From positions 23,312,001 through 23,376,000 of the forward strand of contig NC_088854.1 in assembly GCF_963853765.1 (NCBI RefSeq): DNA of 64,000 nucleotides. Reading direction: 5' to 3'. Below the pieces are notes generated by a model that searched no databases, was not told where the DNA came from, and saw only the letters and a list, made by a program, of their open reading frames with translations. The stretch is from Magallana gigas. Taxonomy: Eukaryota. Shown here piece after piece: positions 40,092-53,803 of the stretch; within the stretch, counting starts at the first letter, position 1; each line of letters begins with the position of its first letter. The translations under genes were made by a program, and so were the position numbers.

Positions 40092-41845
40092 CACAGCTTT
40101 CAATTTTTGTCTCTTTTATGACTGTTAATATCACTTTGACCAAAAATATATAGTAACATATATTTAGATTGCAACACCTACAAGACAAATAGATTGTTAA
40201 AACCTGCAGAAGAATTTTACATCCCAAACGCCAAGGTAGAATTCATTCTATTTTTAAACAAATTACAGGTGGAAAAAAACTAAATTCGTAATTTCAAAGG
40301 TATAAAAAAATCATGACACATCAATTGTTTGATATGAAAAAAAGCATTGATACCAAGTTTGGTTGCTTAGAACTTGCTTAAATAGTTTGAAATAAAACAA
40401 TATTTTCTGAATGAAATTTGACCCCATTTGACATCACCATAGAAACACATAGAGAACACTTCTGTAAAGTTTGATAGAAAAAAATTTAAATTACAGCTTC
40501 CGATTAACTTTAATGGAAATGGACGTGCGAGATTGACAACTCCAAGTGGATTTTTCATTGCAAAGTCATCAATTCCTAGCGCCGGATACGGAGCATGGAC
40601 TAAGACTAAAGTCCGGAAGTATACAGTCTTAGGAGAATATGAGGGAGAGGAACATAAGATAGAAGGGAATAGTCCATATTCCTGGGTTGTATGTACATAT
40701 ATAAGTATTTATATTGTATGCATTTCGGGTCAGGTTTTGAATGCTTTAGAGATCTGATAATATTTCGGTTTATGTGGTTAATCGAGCCTTATAGGATTAT
40801 GAACATTTATTAACTTTATTATGTTATAGGTTTAAGATTAACAAAATATCGATATTAATTAATATTATTAAGATGCTTAAGCATTGGCTTAAACTGACAC
40901 GTTAACTTCATTTATCCATCTTTAACAAGGCATTAATAACATTATTTCTCTTTTTTAAATTTGTAAAGACTTGATACAGTTTAAATCGGTGCTTTGAGTT
41001 TTATTATGTTATTGATTGTTAATCCATTTTTCAAATGTGCAGATATATGAAGATAAGAAAAAGGAAAAGAGGCATTTTATAGATGCTTCCTCTCCCGCCA
41101 AAAGTAACTGGTTGCGGTATATCAACTGCGCAAGAAATATGTGGGAAGAAAACGTGTACTCCTTTGTATGTGATAACTTAGTATTTTACATGACAACAAA
41201 AGAGGTGGAACCCAACACAGAGTTACTGACATGGTATGGACGGAACGACGGATTGATGCTAGGGATTACAAAATTACATCCAGGTAGAATGTGTTTTCAT
41301 AAATATAAGTAGGCACAACTTCTCGTGGTTATAGAGTTCAAGGTTTCAAGGATACTTAATTTCGTGGCTAATGATCCTATCAATACACTATTGTTTCCGT
41401 TATAATTGCTCTTCAATGGACATTTATTTCGTGGGTTAACTAAGTAAAATCTACGCAAAAATATAATATTAAATGAAAACTGACGAAGCCACAGCATCTG
41501 TGACAATATATGCACAACGAAAACTTATTTAATCGATCACAAACACATGATATTATGTGTCATTTTTTTCTCATTTCAGCGAGTGAGTTGGACTTGAATT
41601 CAACATTTTATATTCGATTGAGTTATATGCCTCAGGATTTAAAAAAAAACGATCTCAAATACCACCAAAACTGGTTTTCAAATAAACACGATATAAAGGA
41701 CAATAAAATACAGTATGGCATTCTTGACTCATATCACGATGGAGCGTGGAAAATTCAGCGGGAAAATAATTATACGTATTATACAGGTGAAGACGGATTT
41801 TCAGTTCCATTTGTATGTGAACATCAACCACTTGATGTTAAGTAA
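38802..41845 (+). CDS. CTLD-PR/SET chimeric gene, copy B, 8 exons (end of exon 2 hidden in a gap)
   Basis: Exons 38802-38856, 38932-(gap at 39099), 39722-39762, 39954-40008, 40168-40235, 40497-40688, 41043-41283, 41580-41845. Every fully visible exon has the same length and phase as in copy A; no stops in visible exons. Confidence 0.88.
39099..39243. other. Assembly gap (145 N)
   Basis: Run of N. Confidence 1.
40019..40088. repeat. (TA)n microsatellite in intron 4 of copy B
   Basis: About 35 TA units. Confidence 0.98.
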
Positions 41846-43121
41846 TATCAAATCGTTTGTCTAAGCATAGTGTTTTGATATTTTAATAGAAATGTGAAAT
41901 GTCAAAAAGCTATTTATTTTATAGACGTAAAATGAAGTAAGTTTTACATATAATAATCTGTTTAGAAAACCAATAAAAATCTGATTTATGACCAATAATA
42001 CACTTGGCATAAAATATTTCATGAGAAATACCTCATGTGTTCTTTTGTCATTTATTTACATGTTTATGTATAGCATATCTACAACCCAAGTTTACGTATT
42101 CTTTGTAATATTTGGTTTTTCTATCAGTCAGTGACTAACCGACAGAAATACCGTAAACGTTTACATTTGGCAGAGTATTCAATTTGGTGCTTAGGCGAAA
42201 AGTGACATCCGTTATATCAAGTATATCTCCAAATGCATTGCATAAATATTATATGTTAGAGAATAGAAACAATAAAAACATGCTAATTCAAATTTACGCG
42301 AACTTGTTTGAAAGTCTTTTTCTGCCAAATATCGTACAGGCTAAATATAGTACGTTTACAGTATCAACTACTGGTATACCATTCACTTTTTGTTTTTAAA
42401 GCGTATTAGCTTTAAAAGAAATTTTACGATTGTGTGATTTTTAAGACGTCACAATGGTTCGTTGTTGGGATTTTATCAACGTGCTAGATATTACTACATG
42501 TTGTGCAACATTGATTGCATTCACAGTTGATTTAAGTTTTAAATACATTTCTTATTTCAACCTTTAGTCCATTTTTCGTTCTGGTTTGCAATTACCATGT
42601 TTAATATTTCATTTGAAATTTAAGAAAATTGATAATAAACGCTTAATCAAAATGTTCATCAAACAAAATGAATTGTTTCATCATATTTTAAAGGAAAAAT
42701 CAAAAGATTAGACGAGAATAATAAACTCTTTATATAATGATATTGTTGCTAATTAATAACATTTCAGAGAACCCCCCCCCCCTCCTCTATAATTCACAAA
42801 AATTGTTCTTAATACGTCAACTAGGTCAGTGATAAGCAAAAAGACATAAATGAATCACTTATTTTGGTTGGTTTTAAATACCGAAAAGGAGCAAATAACA
42901 ATGAAATTTAATTAAGGGTCTTGGACAGCAAGAACAAAATTGAATATTAATTTTCGTTAAATTGAGCTTCTGAGTACACGCACATATATAAACATTGGGT
43001 TATTAGTATTTCATAAATAAGTTGAAGAACCCGTGCTAGTTGGTCATGGTAGTTATCTGAAACAAAATCTACTTTTACAATCCAAATGAACCTAATTACA
43101 TGTAGAAATAGTTTTAGTTTC

Positions 43122-43123
<2 letters not shown>

Positions 43124-43152
<29 letters not shown>
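43124..43152. repeat. (CT)n microsatellite
   Basis: About 14 CT units. Confidence 0.95.
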
Positions 43153-43155
<3 letters not shown>

Positions 43156-43481
43156 CCATCAGAAATCTACATATTAACATGGATTAAATTGATTAGATTA
43201 TCATTCTGGTTGAAAAATGCGTCACAGAGATGAAACGTCAATTCTTCATCATTGAAAAGGTCTCTAAGACTTTCTCAGTCTGACATAATTGTGTGCATTC
43301 TGTCCTGTCCACGAGGATTTTACACACAGTGTAACTTTATTTTCCTAATTCACAGGAGTAAAACTCCGGCATAATTTTTCAATGTTTTGATTATCTAAAT
43401 AAACTTCTATAATTCATAAAGAGAATACTCTAAAATACTTAGCTAACAATTTTGATGAGTTCATGCGCGCATCTAGAAGGG

Positions 43482-44000
43482 CTTTTTGGGAGTTGATTTT
43501 AATCAACTCTCCTATGCACTTGCTCGGGCAAAGCGAAAGTAAAACAGTGTTTGGACCTAAGCACAATTCAATACCGCTGACAACACTTAGTTCTTGAAAA
43601 TAATCGATAAATTCGCTATGTATTCTGAAGCATTGTTTTTCAAGAAAACTTATTTATTAATACCATGAAAATAGTAAGATTTTAAATTGTACAAACAGTT
43701 TAGATTTTTTTTAAAGTCGTATGTATTCCTACGCCAGAGTTCGATGTAGTCTCGTTCAACCAGACGTTTGGCTGCCTCCGTTAATATCCGACAAAACAGA
43801 GTCTCTCTTGCTTGTCGGATATGAACGGAGACAGCCGAGCGTTTGGTTGAACAAGACAAGAGTTTAACCTTGCCTGGATCCATACCATTTCTCAGAAATA
43901 TTTCGATTACTGATACTTCTTGCCATGCAAAATCACATATCGTTGATTTTGAATAAATGATAATCGATAAAATCAACTCCCGTCAGTACGTCAGTACTTT
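43482..44000 (+). mobile_element. HINE-like element, copy 2
   Basis: TTTTT-GGGAGTTGATTTTA (43488-43501)-ATCAACTCTCC ... TAAAATCAACTCCC (43968-43981)-GTC-AGTACGTCAGTACT-TT. Inverted near-identical match to 18109-18631. Confidence 0.72.
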
Positions 44001-44533
44001 GATTTTAACTGCTGGTTCTCATATTGGGTTTCGTTCCATCAGCGCGAGCCCAATCGATTTCTTTTGGAAATAAAGAAAATACTTCAGTGGATATAAATAT
44101 GTCAAGCTAAGAGGTTGAAATGAAACATTAGTTATAAAAAAAAACAAAAAGAGTTATTGATCTCGCAACAAATGGGTTATGTGCATTTAAAAGAATTACG
44201 TCAAAAGCGTATTATGTGCGTTCTTTAACATTATATTAATAAAAATTAAATGTTTCTTAGACAACGGAGAAATAAATAATTCTTCAATGTATGATTATCA
44301 TTTTTGTTACCTTATGACTTCCATCAGTTATTGGCATTTCAATTAATCATCAATAACAATTTCGCAAACTATCGATTTTTTAAATGTTTCCTATATACAT
44401 TAAAATTCCCAAGCACTAATTATTTGCCACCATACAGACTGAAACTGTTAAAGCCTCCATAATATCAATAAATCAATGTTTGTTGGGTTTTTACATTACT
44501 TTTAATGTGAAAATATTTTGGTAAAGAGGCAAT

Positions 44534-47500
44534 ATGGGAACTTTCTCTGAAAATTTAATCTTCATTGCTGGTAATATAATGCTGTTGTAAATTTTTGTCA
44601 GTCAGAATTGTTGCTGGTTAAATGATGATGCACAGTTTTAGTTTGTTTCAGTTTTAGTCAACTTTATAAGAAATACACTTAGTGAAGATGAATTTATACG
44701 ACTTGGAATATGGTGCTTTTCTTTTCACCTGGAATATGAACCACGTCATACATCCGAGAAAATATGTTCAGAAAAAGGCGGTCAATTGATTATGTTGGAT
44801 TCAGATAAGAAAATAGCAGTTGTTAGGAAATATATAAAAGGTAATTTTATGTAAATACAAAATATGTTTATAGGTCGGTATATATATGATAAACACACAA
44901 AAAAGGAAACGAATTCAAATTTCAAAAATATTGTGAAATCAGTTTAAGAAAAGTGTGTTTTTTTAATTTTTGTTAAAGATATCAGCATGTCTACATTTCC
45001 CTTCCATCAAAAAAGCGCTATTCTCACTCTGTCAGACATCAACAGTCACAAATATTTCGTGCATTGACAAAACAGGTATCCTTTGTGTGAGAATTGTTTT
45101 TGAATTCCAATCAGTTTGAAATCAAAAGTTTTTGAAACTTGTGTGTGCAAAGAAATCTTACGAATTTTGATACAGTCTTGATGTGGTCATAAATAAGAAC
45201 ATTCTACAAGTCCTCGTTTTGGAATTTTGCCAAATCAGAAGATGGCCATATTAAACATGTACATCATCTTTCTCTCCAATAACTTGTATTTTGTATTATG
45301 GTGCACATCATGGTCAGTGACTTCAATGAGAGACATTTTATTTCATTTCCCAAGCACCATATGACGGTGCCTAAAACAGGTATATACCAAGACATTCGAT
45401 ATCAGAAAAAAACCATCGGTTTGAATATGAAACAAGTATTTTCATTATACTTTCATGTTAAATACTGAAATCTGATTGGTTTAGACCCAGTTGATAATCC
45501 TTTCTATTACCCTCAGCGTTAGCAATACACTTAGCAACGGGTAACACAACGAAATATTACATGTGCGTACATTATGCGCGTAGGTTTGCCGTAGAATTCG
45601 CGTCATTTCTATGTAAATACAATAAATTATCTCTTAAATTAAAACATTCACTATAATAAAATAAATAGTGCCTGTTTTGGAAGGTAACAGTTGAAATTGA
45701 CACCCCTCGATAAACATTGTCAACCTTCGCTTCGCGTCGGTTGACAATCGTTTTCTCGGGGTGTCAATTTCACTTGTTACCCTCCCAAATAGGCACTATT
45801 TATATGATACTGCATAGAGGATGTGAATGTCAAAGTAAGTTTACTGCTCAGTAAAAAAAACCCCTTTAACTTAATAACCAATCAAATTTAACCTTTGATC
45901 GAAAAGAAATTGCTTTTTATAATGACTTCTTTATCCATTACGTAGTACTTTACTCATGATGTTTCTTTTGATAGCTAGAGGATTCACATCAGAGCTGAAT
46001 CTACAAAAAAGACAGGTACAAACGCAATATCATCATTGTAGTTATGGTTTTCTGTTATGTTGATTTATTACTTATTCAAGACTACAGTTTATCTTGGGTT
46101 GATTTGTAGATTTTACTGAATTCATATCACAGAATTCAAGACACGGTTAACTATGGAGAAAGGTGTTAGTATATCTGATAATTTCTTTATCCCCCACCTC
46201 TGTCTAATAAAATAATTCAATCAAAGTGTTTTATCATTGGTAAACTAGATTAAGAGTGTACAATAATATATAAGGTAAAATTAATGCGTTGAATTTTATT
46301 TTTGCAGTTTGTCGTATGTACAAGAATTATAGAATGGCAAAACCAAGCAAAGTTACTTATATCCCAAACAAAAAGGTATTACTCTGTAAGAGTAAACATG
46401 ATAAAAATGTTGTTTTTTATTTATAGAATATGGAGAATACCTACTTTCATAAAATAAGCAGTATTGTTTTATAATTATATTGTATAACTAGAAATATGTC
46501 TTTACTTAACAATCATTCATAGCTCCGGGTAAATTTTCTTGAAAATCAACGAGCAAACTTGACAACGCCAACTGGTTTTGTCGTTGAACCTTCCTCTATT
46601 ACTGGTGCGGGATTGGGAGCCTGGGCAAAGAAAAGGGTCCGCATGTATACAGTTATAGGGGAATATGAAGGAGAAGAACATAGGAATGAAGAATTCATTT
46701 CACATTATCAATGGACCGTACGTGTCATTCAGAGGCTGGGTGGTCGTGGCCATTATAAGACAATATAAATCTCCTTAAAAAGAAGAGCTCTGTATAAAAA
46801 TATAGGAAAACATTCCAACTTTACAGTTAAAATTTAAGGATTTTTTATTCACGAAAAAAAAACAGTTTACAGCTTGAAAAATCATTCTTTTTTAATTTAA
46901 GGTAGATCTGTTGTTACTTTTGTTGAGCACCCAGCCTCCTAAAATAAAATTTAATCAGATATACTTAAACCATATACGAACCAATGATCAGTAGTATAAC
47001 TGATTGAAATAGCAAGTAAGTGTTGCAGGTCTTTCGAATTAGCTATTCATATTTTCAAATACTGCATTATTTTACGGTTTAGTTGAGACGGTTATCTTAT
47101 TTGTTAAGGCATTTGAGCTTCGAAAAATTTAAGAGAGGGTATGTAAAGAATAATGAATTACCAATCTTGGCCTGAAATTAAAATTGCATTTTGAAAGATT
47201 TTTCGTGCAAAGAAAAGTATCATTGTTGTTTTTAAACATTTAGATCCCTGAGATTGAGCAGGCCATGAGCTATTACATAGACGCAGCTTCTCCCGCCAAA
47301 AGTAACTGGCTCCGGTACGTCAACTGCGCCAGAAATGTGCATGAAGAAAATTTGAAGCCAATTATTTGTGACGGTTTAGTATTTTACATGACGTCAAAGG
47401 ACGTAGAACCAGACACAGAGCTGCTGGTTTGGTATGGTACAGAGTATGGAAAACATCTCGGAATCACGCGCATGCATCCTAGTAAGTATGGTCGGTTATT

Positions 47501-48124
47501 TTCAAATATCTCTTTTTTTTATAAGGATTTTAAGGTAGATTATGCCACACTCACAACTATAATCAGTTATGATTTGATGGTCATTATACATGTACGTATA
47601 TTCATTACGGCACTATACACTAAGGAGAAAAAAAAACTGCGTTCTTGGCTATATTTTGTAGAGGGTTTTTAATGCGACAATGATAAACAAAAATGCACTG
47701 TAGCCCATCTTTTACGTTTGGAAAGTAAAGTGTTCAACAATTTTTTCATGAATTTCTAATAGAATTATGTAATATGTGCTATGCCGTGTGCATGTATATC
47801 AAATGTTATTTGTAAATTTTATAATATTTCATAGGCGATGAATTAGATTTGAAGTCCACTTTCTATATCCGGGTATATTACTCACCTCAAGCTCCAGACT
47901 CGACGTTGTATTCCTTCAACAGTCATATTTCAAACAGACCGAACAGCTCGGAGACAAACAATGGAATGTTGAATAAAACATACTTTGGGATGCTGGATTC
48001 CTACCGTGGTGGAATGTGGAAATTGGTTCTTGAGAAAAATTATTCTTATTTTAGTGACGATGGGCTTCATTTTCCATTTATCTGCGAATATAACCAAAAC
48101 ATATGTCTCAATTCTCATAATTAG
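44534..48124 (+). CDS. CTLD-PR/SET chimeric gene, copy C, 8 exons, 370 aa
   Basis: Exons 44534-44570, 44652-44840 (..IWCFSF..KICSEKGGQLIMLD), 45975-46015, 46110-46164, 46308-46375, 46523-46717, 47244-47481, 47835-48124 (..FYIRV..WKL..FPFICE). Same phases as copy A; 1113 nt, frame closed. The start codon is less certain than in A, D and E. Confidence 0.88.
45661..45803. repeat. Long imperfect palindrome (~65-bp arms) in intron 2 of copy C, probably part of a non-autonomous element
   Basis: ATAAATAGTGCCT..GGTAAC..GAAATTGACACCCC..ATTGTCAACC / loop TTCGCTTCGCGTC / GGTTGACAAT..GGGGTGTCAATTTC..GTTACC..AGGCACTATTTAT. Confidence 0.85.
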
Positions 48125-48720
48125 GAAACATTATTATTGTACATAGTGTTTTGTTTTGAATTATTTATGATTGTAAAACATATATATCAATGTACCTAAT
48201 GTGAACAAATCTAGTATCAAATTTCTCCTCTCTCTTCTCTCTCTCTCGTAGTTTTCTTTGTTTCTTTTTTTCTTTATATTTGTGAAGATAGTAAATACAA
48301 ACTGGCAATAAAGAGGTTAATTTTATTTGGAATTATTTTTTGGCCATTTGAATACAGCGTCCTGGAAAAAGCGTTTACGCTATTATATCGAGGGTTTTTT
48401 CACATTTAACACTTCACCAAAGATGAGGACAAAAATGTGAAAAATGTCTAGCATTTAGAAGGCTACATGGTCAACAAATTAAACATTCGATCCGCCATTA
48501 ATTTTAATTTATGATTTGTTTCGCTTGAAACTATTAAGTAAGTTTTCTAAATTATTATTCATATCAGTAATTATCATTAAAATGATTGCAATGGTTGGTG
48601 ATTAAATAGAATCTTTAAAAATTGTCATTTATATTATTTTAGAGTCTAAAGATTTAAAATTCCTCTACAAAGATGGGATACTTGCTGGAAAACAAAATGA
48701 AGTAATAAAATTATTCTTTA

Positions 48721-49840
48721 CGGAAGCGTATTAGGGCCACTCTATGTACAGATTTTTTTTTTAAATTCCAACTTTAAAGTTGGAATTTCCAACTTTAATC
48801 TTGGAATTTCCAACTTTAATCTTGGAATTTCCAACTATAAAGTTAGAATTTCCAACTTCCAACTTTAATCTTGGAATTTCCAACTTAAATCTTGGAATTT
48901 CCAACTTTTATCTTGGAATTTCCAACTTTAAAGTTGATTTTTCCAACTTTAAATTTTGAATTCCAACTTAAATCCTGGAATTTCCAACTTTAATCTTGGA
49001 ATTTTCAACTTTAAAGTTGATTTTTCCAACTTTAAAGTTGGAAGTTCCAACTTTTATCTTGGAATTTCCAACTTTAATCTTGGAATTTCCAACTTTCATG
49101 TTGATTTTTCCAACTTTAAAGTTGCAAATTCCAACTCAAATCTTGGAATTTCCAACTTTAATCTTGGAATTTCCAACTTTAATCTTGGAATTTCCAACTT
49201 TAATCTTGGAATTCAATTCAACATATATATTCATTGTTCAAGATTATCATACTACCGTATATGTATGTGTTAACTGAAAATTATTTGTTGAAAATTGCAG
49301 AATAGATTATTTTTTATATATAATCACTTTCCTAAATGTTTTTCACTACTATGCTTCATAATGCTTAATCCTTTTAATTCTTTTATTTATTGAGGTTTTT
49401 TTTAAAATTTATTTTATATGTATATGATACAATCAAGCAACCTTTTATACACATATATATATATATTGATTATGACATAGTTATTGTTTTCATGGAATTC
49501 AAAAAATAAAATTGAAATTATAAAAATGACATGTTCTATTATTTCCAGTGAGTTCGAGTTGTTGTATTATTATATTGGGTTCTTCTTGAAAGCGAATGAG
49601 CTCCCCCATTCTTTTTATGAGCAAAGCCTAATTCACACTGAACAAAAAATCATAGTATATATCTATCTATCTATATATATAAATATAATAAAAATCAACT
49701 TTAAAGTTGATTTTTACAACTTTAAAGCTGGAAATTCCAAGATTAAAGTTGGAAAATTCAAGAATAAAGTTGGAAATTCCAACTTTTAAGTTGGAAGTTT
49801 ACAGAAAAAAAAAATACAAAGTGGCACTAATACGCTTCCG
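48721..49840. mobile_element. TA-flanked foldback-like non-autonomous DNA transposon with internal 21-bp tandem array
   Basis: TA|CGGAAGCGTATTAGGGCCACT ... AGTGGCACTAATACGCTTCCG|TA (21-bp TIR, 1 mismatch). About 20 units of TTGGAATTTCCAACTTTAATC at 48765-49215, and a shorter inverted array at 49690-49800. Confidence 0.88.
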
Positions 49841-51026
49841 TAATTCTTGCAATGCATCATTTGAAAATATTGAACACTTTTTAAAACTGCTACCGAAAGG
49901 TACCTAGATGTTCGATAACATGAATTGATTGTACAGAAAACAAAGACAGAACACAAAGGTGAAGTATGTACATTCTTTCTTTGTATAGAGTAAATATTTG
50001 AGTTTGAAGTGAACTAAGACACTTGCTCAGAGTAATAATTATCCTAATGTGTGAGTTCCGTGGCTGAGTAAACTCTACAATAATCGTTATTAAGACGTGT
50101 AAATATGATTTAAAAGTTTAAAGTAAATATATATTCAAAAGTTTTCTCTCGATACAATAAACAACCATACACGAAAGTGCTTTAGTAAAATCCTCTTTGA
50201 ATGTTTCTGTTTCTTTTGATTTTGGTGAATATTTTTAAGTCTACAAAAATAATTACAATAATTAGCAATACTTGTACTGGCACATACACTTTCAAAGGCT
50301 GACTGGTCCTGACTATTTTAGACCAGATTAATCTTCTTGAGACGAGCTTTGTACTAAGTTTCAAGGCCATGTTCAAATTTAAAATTAAAATATAGGGAAT
50401 TGTTCTATACCAAATAAAAGTTTATACCTTAAAAAATATATTTAAAAATATCTAAACTTATCTGATAAGTTGTTTGTCACCCAGTTTTCTTAAAACATCT
50501 CATTAACAAACTGATGGTTCAATTTGCATATTTATCTTCATTGCAACATGAAAGAAAGCCTACAAACATTTATTACACATGAATTGACTAGATTTCGTTT
50601 TCCTTCTATCTAAGTGTAAATTAAGCTTACTGCCCTCGAAATACCGATGCAATTGTGTGGTAAATGAAAGTAATCCCAGCGAATGTAGTAATTTACAAAA
50701 CCTGGTACAAAATTAACTGAGAGCGTTAATTTAAATTTGATAATGGAAAAGGACAAATAAGCTTTGAAAATCGAAACATAAATTGAGCTCTGTCACTCAC
50801 TGAAAATGTTTTGAATACTTAATCTGAGGCAAAATTTTAAAATTTGTAGATCAATATGAGTCTTTTTTTATTCTATTCCACATTTGCTACCAAAAACACA
50901 ATAGAGCCTTCTGGACACAAAGTAAATTATTTGCGAGGAAACATTTAAGAAGGAATCAATAGAGGGTAAAGGAATCAATTTACAAGACATACTGTAACAA
51001 CTGGTACCTAATGGACACCTTTCAAG

Positions 51027-53715
51027 ATGATCAACAAATTTTGTTTTTTCGTTTTCATTTTAGGTAAATATTATGATGGATAGAAAGCTTGTTTTAATGT
51101 TATTAAAATTGTCAACTGCATATAAGTGTATTTTATCTAATTTTACAGTTTTACCATTTTCTGTCAAAAGTGAAAAGTGCAAAGTAGGCTATGATAGTGC
51201 GGCAGAATGGTGTTTTATGCTTCAACTGCAAGGAAAATCTGCGCTCGGGGCAGCAGAGATTTGTAATAAAACTGGTGGCAGAATAGCCTTACTGGACAGC
51301 TATAAAAAGATAGAGATTCTTCGGACCTATATTAACGGTAAAGTATTAAATTCTTTAATGCTTATTTATTAGTTTGTTTGTTTGGGTTTTAGTTTTGTTT
51401 TGGGTGGGGTTTTTTTATTATTTTGTTTTTCATTTTCATTAGTTTTGAGGGCGGGTAGATTGTTTGTTTTTTATTGAATATAATAAGCTAACGATTTTTA
51501 CTAAGAGTTTTGAGTTATATTCGTGTAATAATTCAATGGACGTTTATACATCACTAGTGATTAAAGGGGAAATCCCTGAATTTAGTTTGACTTTGATTCA
51601 AGTATAAATTATATGTATAATGTTTAAGTTTTAAAAATTATAATTCATAAATGATATTTAGTGAAATTTATTAAAATGTACTCGTAAATTTTAATTCCTG
51701 ACAGTTTAATCAATGTGCTTTAACTCTTCAACGTAAATTTTTAACTCTTATCTCTGTATTTAGAGAAAAAAGAATTTTTACTGGCTTCGTCGATTAAAAC
51801 CCAGGAGGTACGTACTAAATCGTTTCTATGTGTAGCACGAGCGAGTATTAACATTGAGTAATTTGAATGATTTTTAAGATAACCCACTCCTGAATGTTGT
51901 TGAATCATGAATTTTTTGAGAAGTGTATCATTGAAATATTTAGACAAAACATAGTTAAAAAATACAAATAAAATGGGGGGGGGGGGGGGGGGGGTCAGTA
52001 TTCATCCCTCAGAATTATGGCCCGTTTAATTTGACCTTTTGCACTTAAAACGGAATGGAATTTCAGCCTGATTAGGATTAGTTGTCAGTATTTTTGATTA
52101 GGCAAACTTATTTCTTCAAATATCGTTTTCAATTATGCACAATGGTCACACTGAATAGATATATCATAAAATATATCATAAACTTTTTTGTGATCTTTTT
52201 GCAATATCTTTAATAGTTACAATTTGAATATCAAGAATTTTATAAGATATATACAGTTTGCCAAGATATGTATTCAGTATCATTTTGACATAATAAAACA
52301 TGGGGGTCAGTGATGTCAAATTTTAGGTATAGGGCTTCAAACGTAAAATTCTAGAAAAATTTCCTAAAAAAATTCAGATATTTAATATAAATTTGCGTGA
52401 TTTTATGCCAAACGTATATCACTCTCTCAAGATTTAATTTTGTACATGTCACACAGAACCTATAGAATATGTTACAAACCCATCAAATGTTTAAAATGTT
52501 GATAATGAATAAATTTATAAAGAAAGGAAAAGTATTTTGAACATCTATAAAATTGCTTATTTCTGTCATTTTTGTCTAAAAAACCTTCCACACGAAAAAA
52601 TAGTTCCCCAGAAAATGTGTTTGTTTCTTTCATTCAAATAGATTTTCTTTATGAATGCTATGTAATTATAAGCTATTAATCTTTCTGTGAATATTAAATA
52701 AATGAAATCATTTTCATTTTAAATATAATGATCATCTGCGTAATGAAATCAAAACGTGAGGAGTGAGATACCGTAATCAAAGTTTTTATCTATTTTTTCA
52801 GCAGGACTTAATGATGTCATACCGTAGAATAAGAGACATGAGTGATTATGCAGATAGATGTACGTATTTGTAATATTTGAAATCCCAACTTACATATACA
52901 AATGCTAGCATAATGTAATCCATCTAGCAATCTACCAATTCAAATGTATCATATTGTGAGTGTCACCCTGCATTTTTTTATTTATCTATTTGCAGATTGT
53001 AAGACTTACAAAAGGTTTAAGCTGTTCTGGTCAACAAGGAAGTTGTATATACCAAACAGGGAGGTTTGTAAGAATAAATCGTATCATTAAATGAACAATG
53101 CCTATTTGCATCTTGAGTTTTGATTTGTTACTTCTGTTGAATCATTGTTTATTAGTAGTAAATTCCTGTATAGCTTCCTATCCAATTTGATGCAAACGAA
53201 CGTGCAAATAGAACAACACCGGCTGGGTTCATCATTAAAACCTCGTCTATTCCTGGTGCGGGACTTGGGGCATGGACAACATCAAAAGTTCCCATGTTTA
53301 CAGTTCTGGGGGAGTATGAAGGAGAGGAGCACAAGCACGAGGGGGATACGTCGTACTCCTGGATTGTAAGTTGGCTGGGGCATTGACTCCTGGTTAGTGT
53401 GGATAATTTTCATCAAAATATAGTTGTCTTAGTTTTGTTTTTTGATTGCACGTTTGCATAACTGATTTTAGAAATTCAAACTGAAAAGTACACGTATGTG
53501 CATATGCACACGTAAGCACATTTACATCATTTTACAATTTGATATTAAAGTGTTGATCTTAGATATCTCTTTTTTTCTTTCAATTCCACTTTTTTTATCC
53601 TGAACGAAATGTAAGTTTTCACTTGAAGATATAACTAAATGATGATGGTTTTATATATGAACACCCACAATAGTACAGGAGCATCGCCGCTTTACCACTT
53701 CGTATTTATCATGAG

Positions 53716-53803
<88 letters not shown>

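Noticed and set aside
39805-40227. 140-aa ORF with IYIYIY run
   Set aside because: Reads through a (TA)n microsatellite, antisense to copy B exons.
48765-49215. CRISPR-like array
   Set aside because: Units are contiguous with no unique spacers; eukaryotic context; no cas genes.
48956-49907. Repetitive ORFs (NFNLGIS / LEFPTLI heptads)
   Set aside because: Translations of the 21-bp array inside the foldback element.
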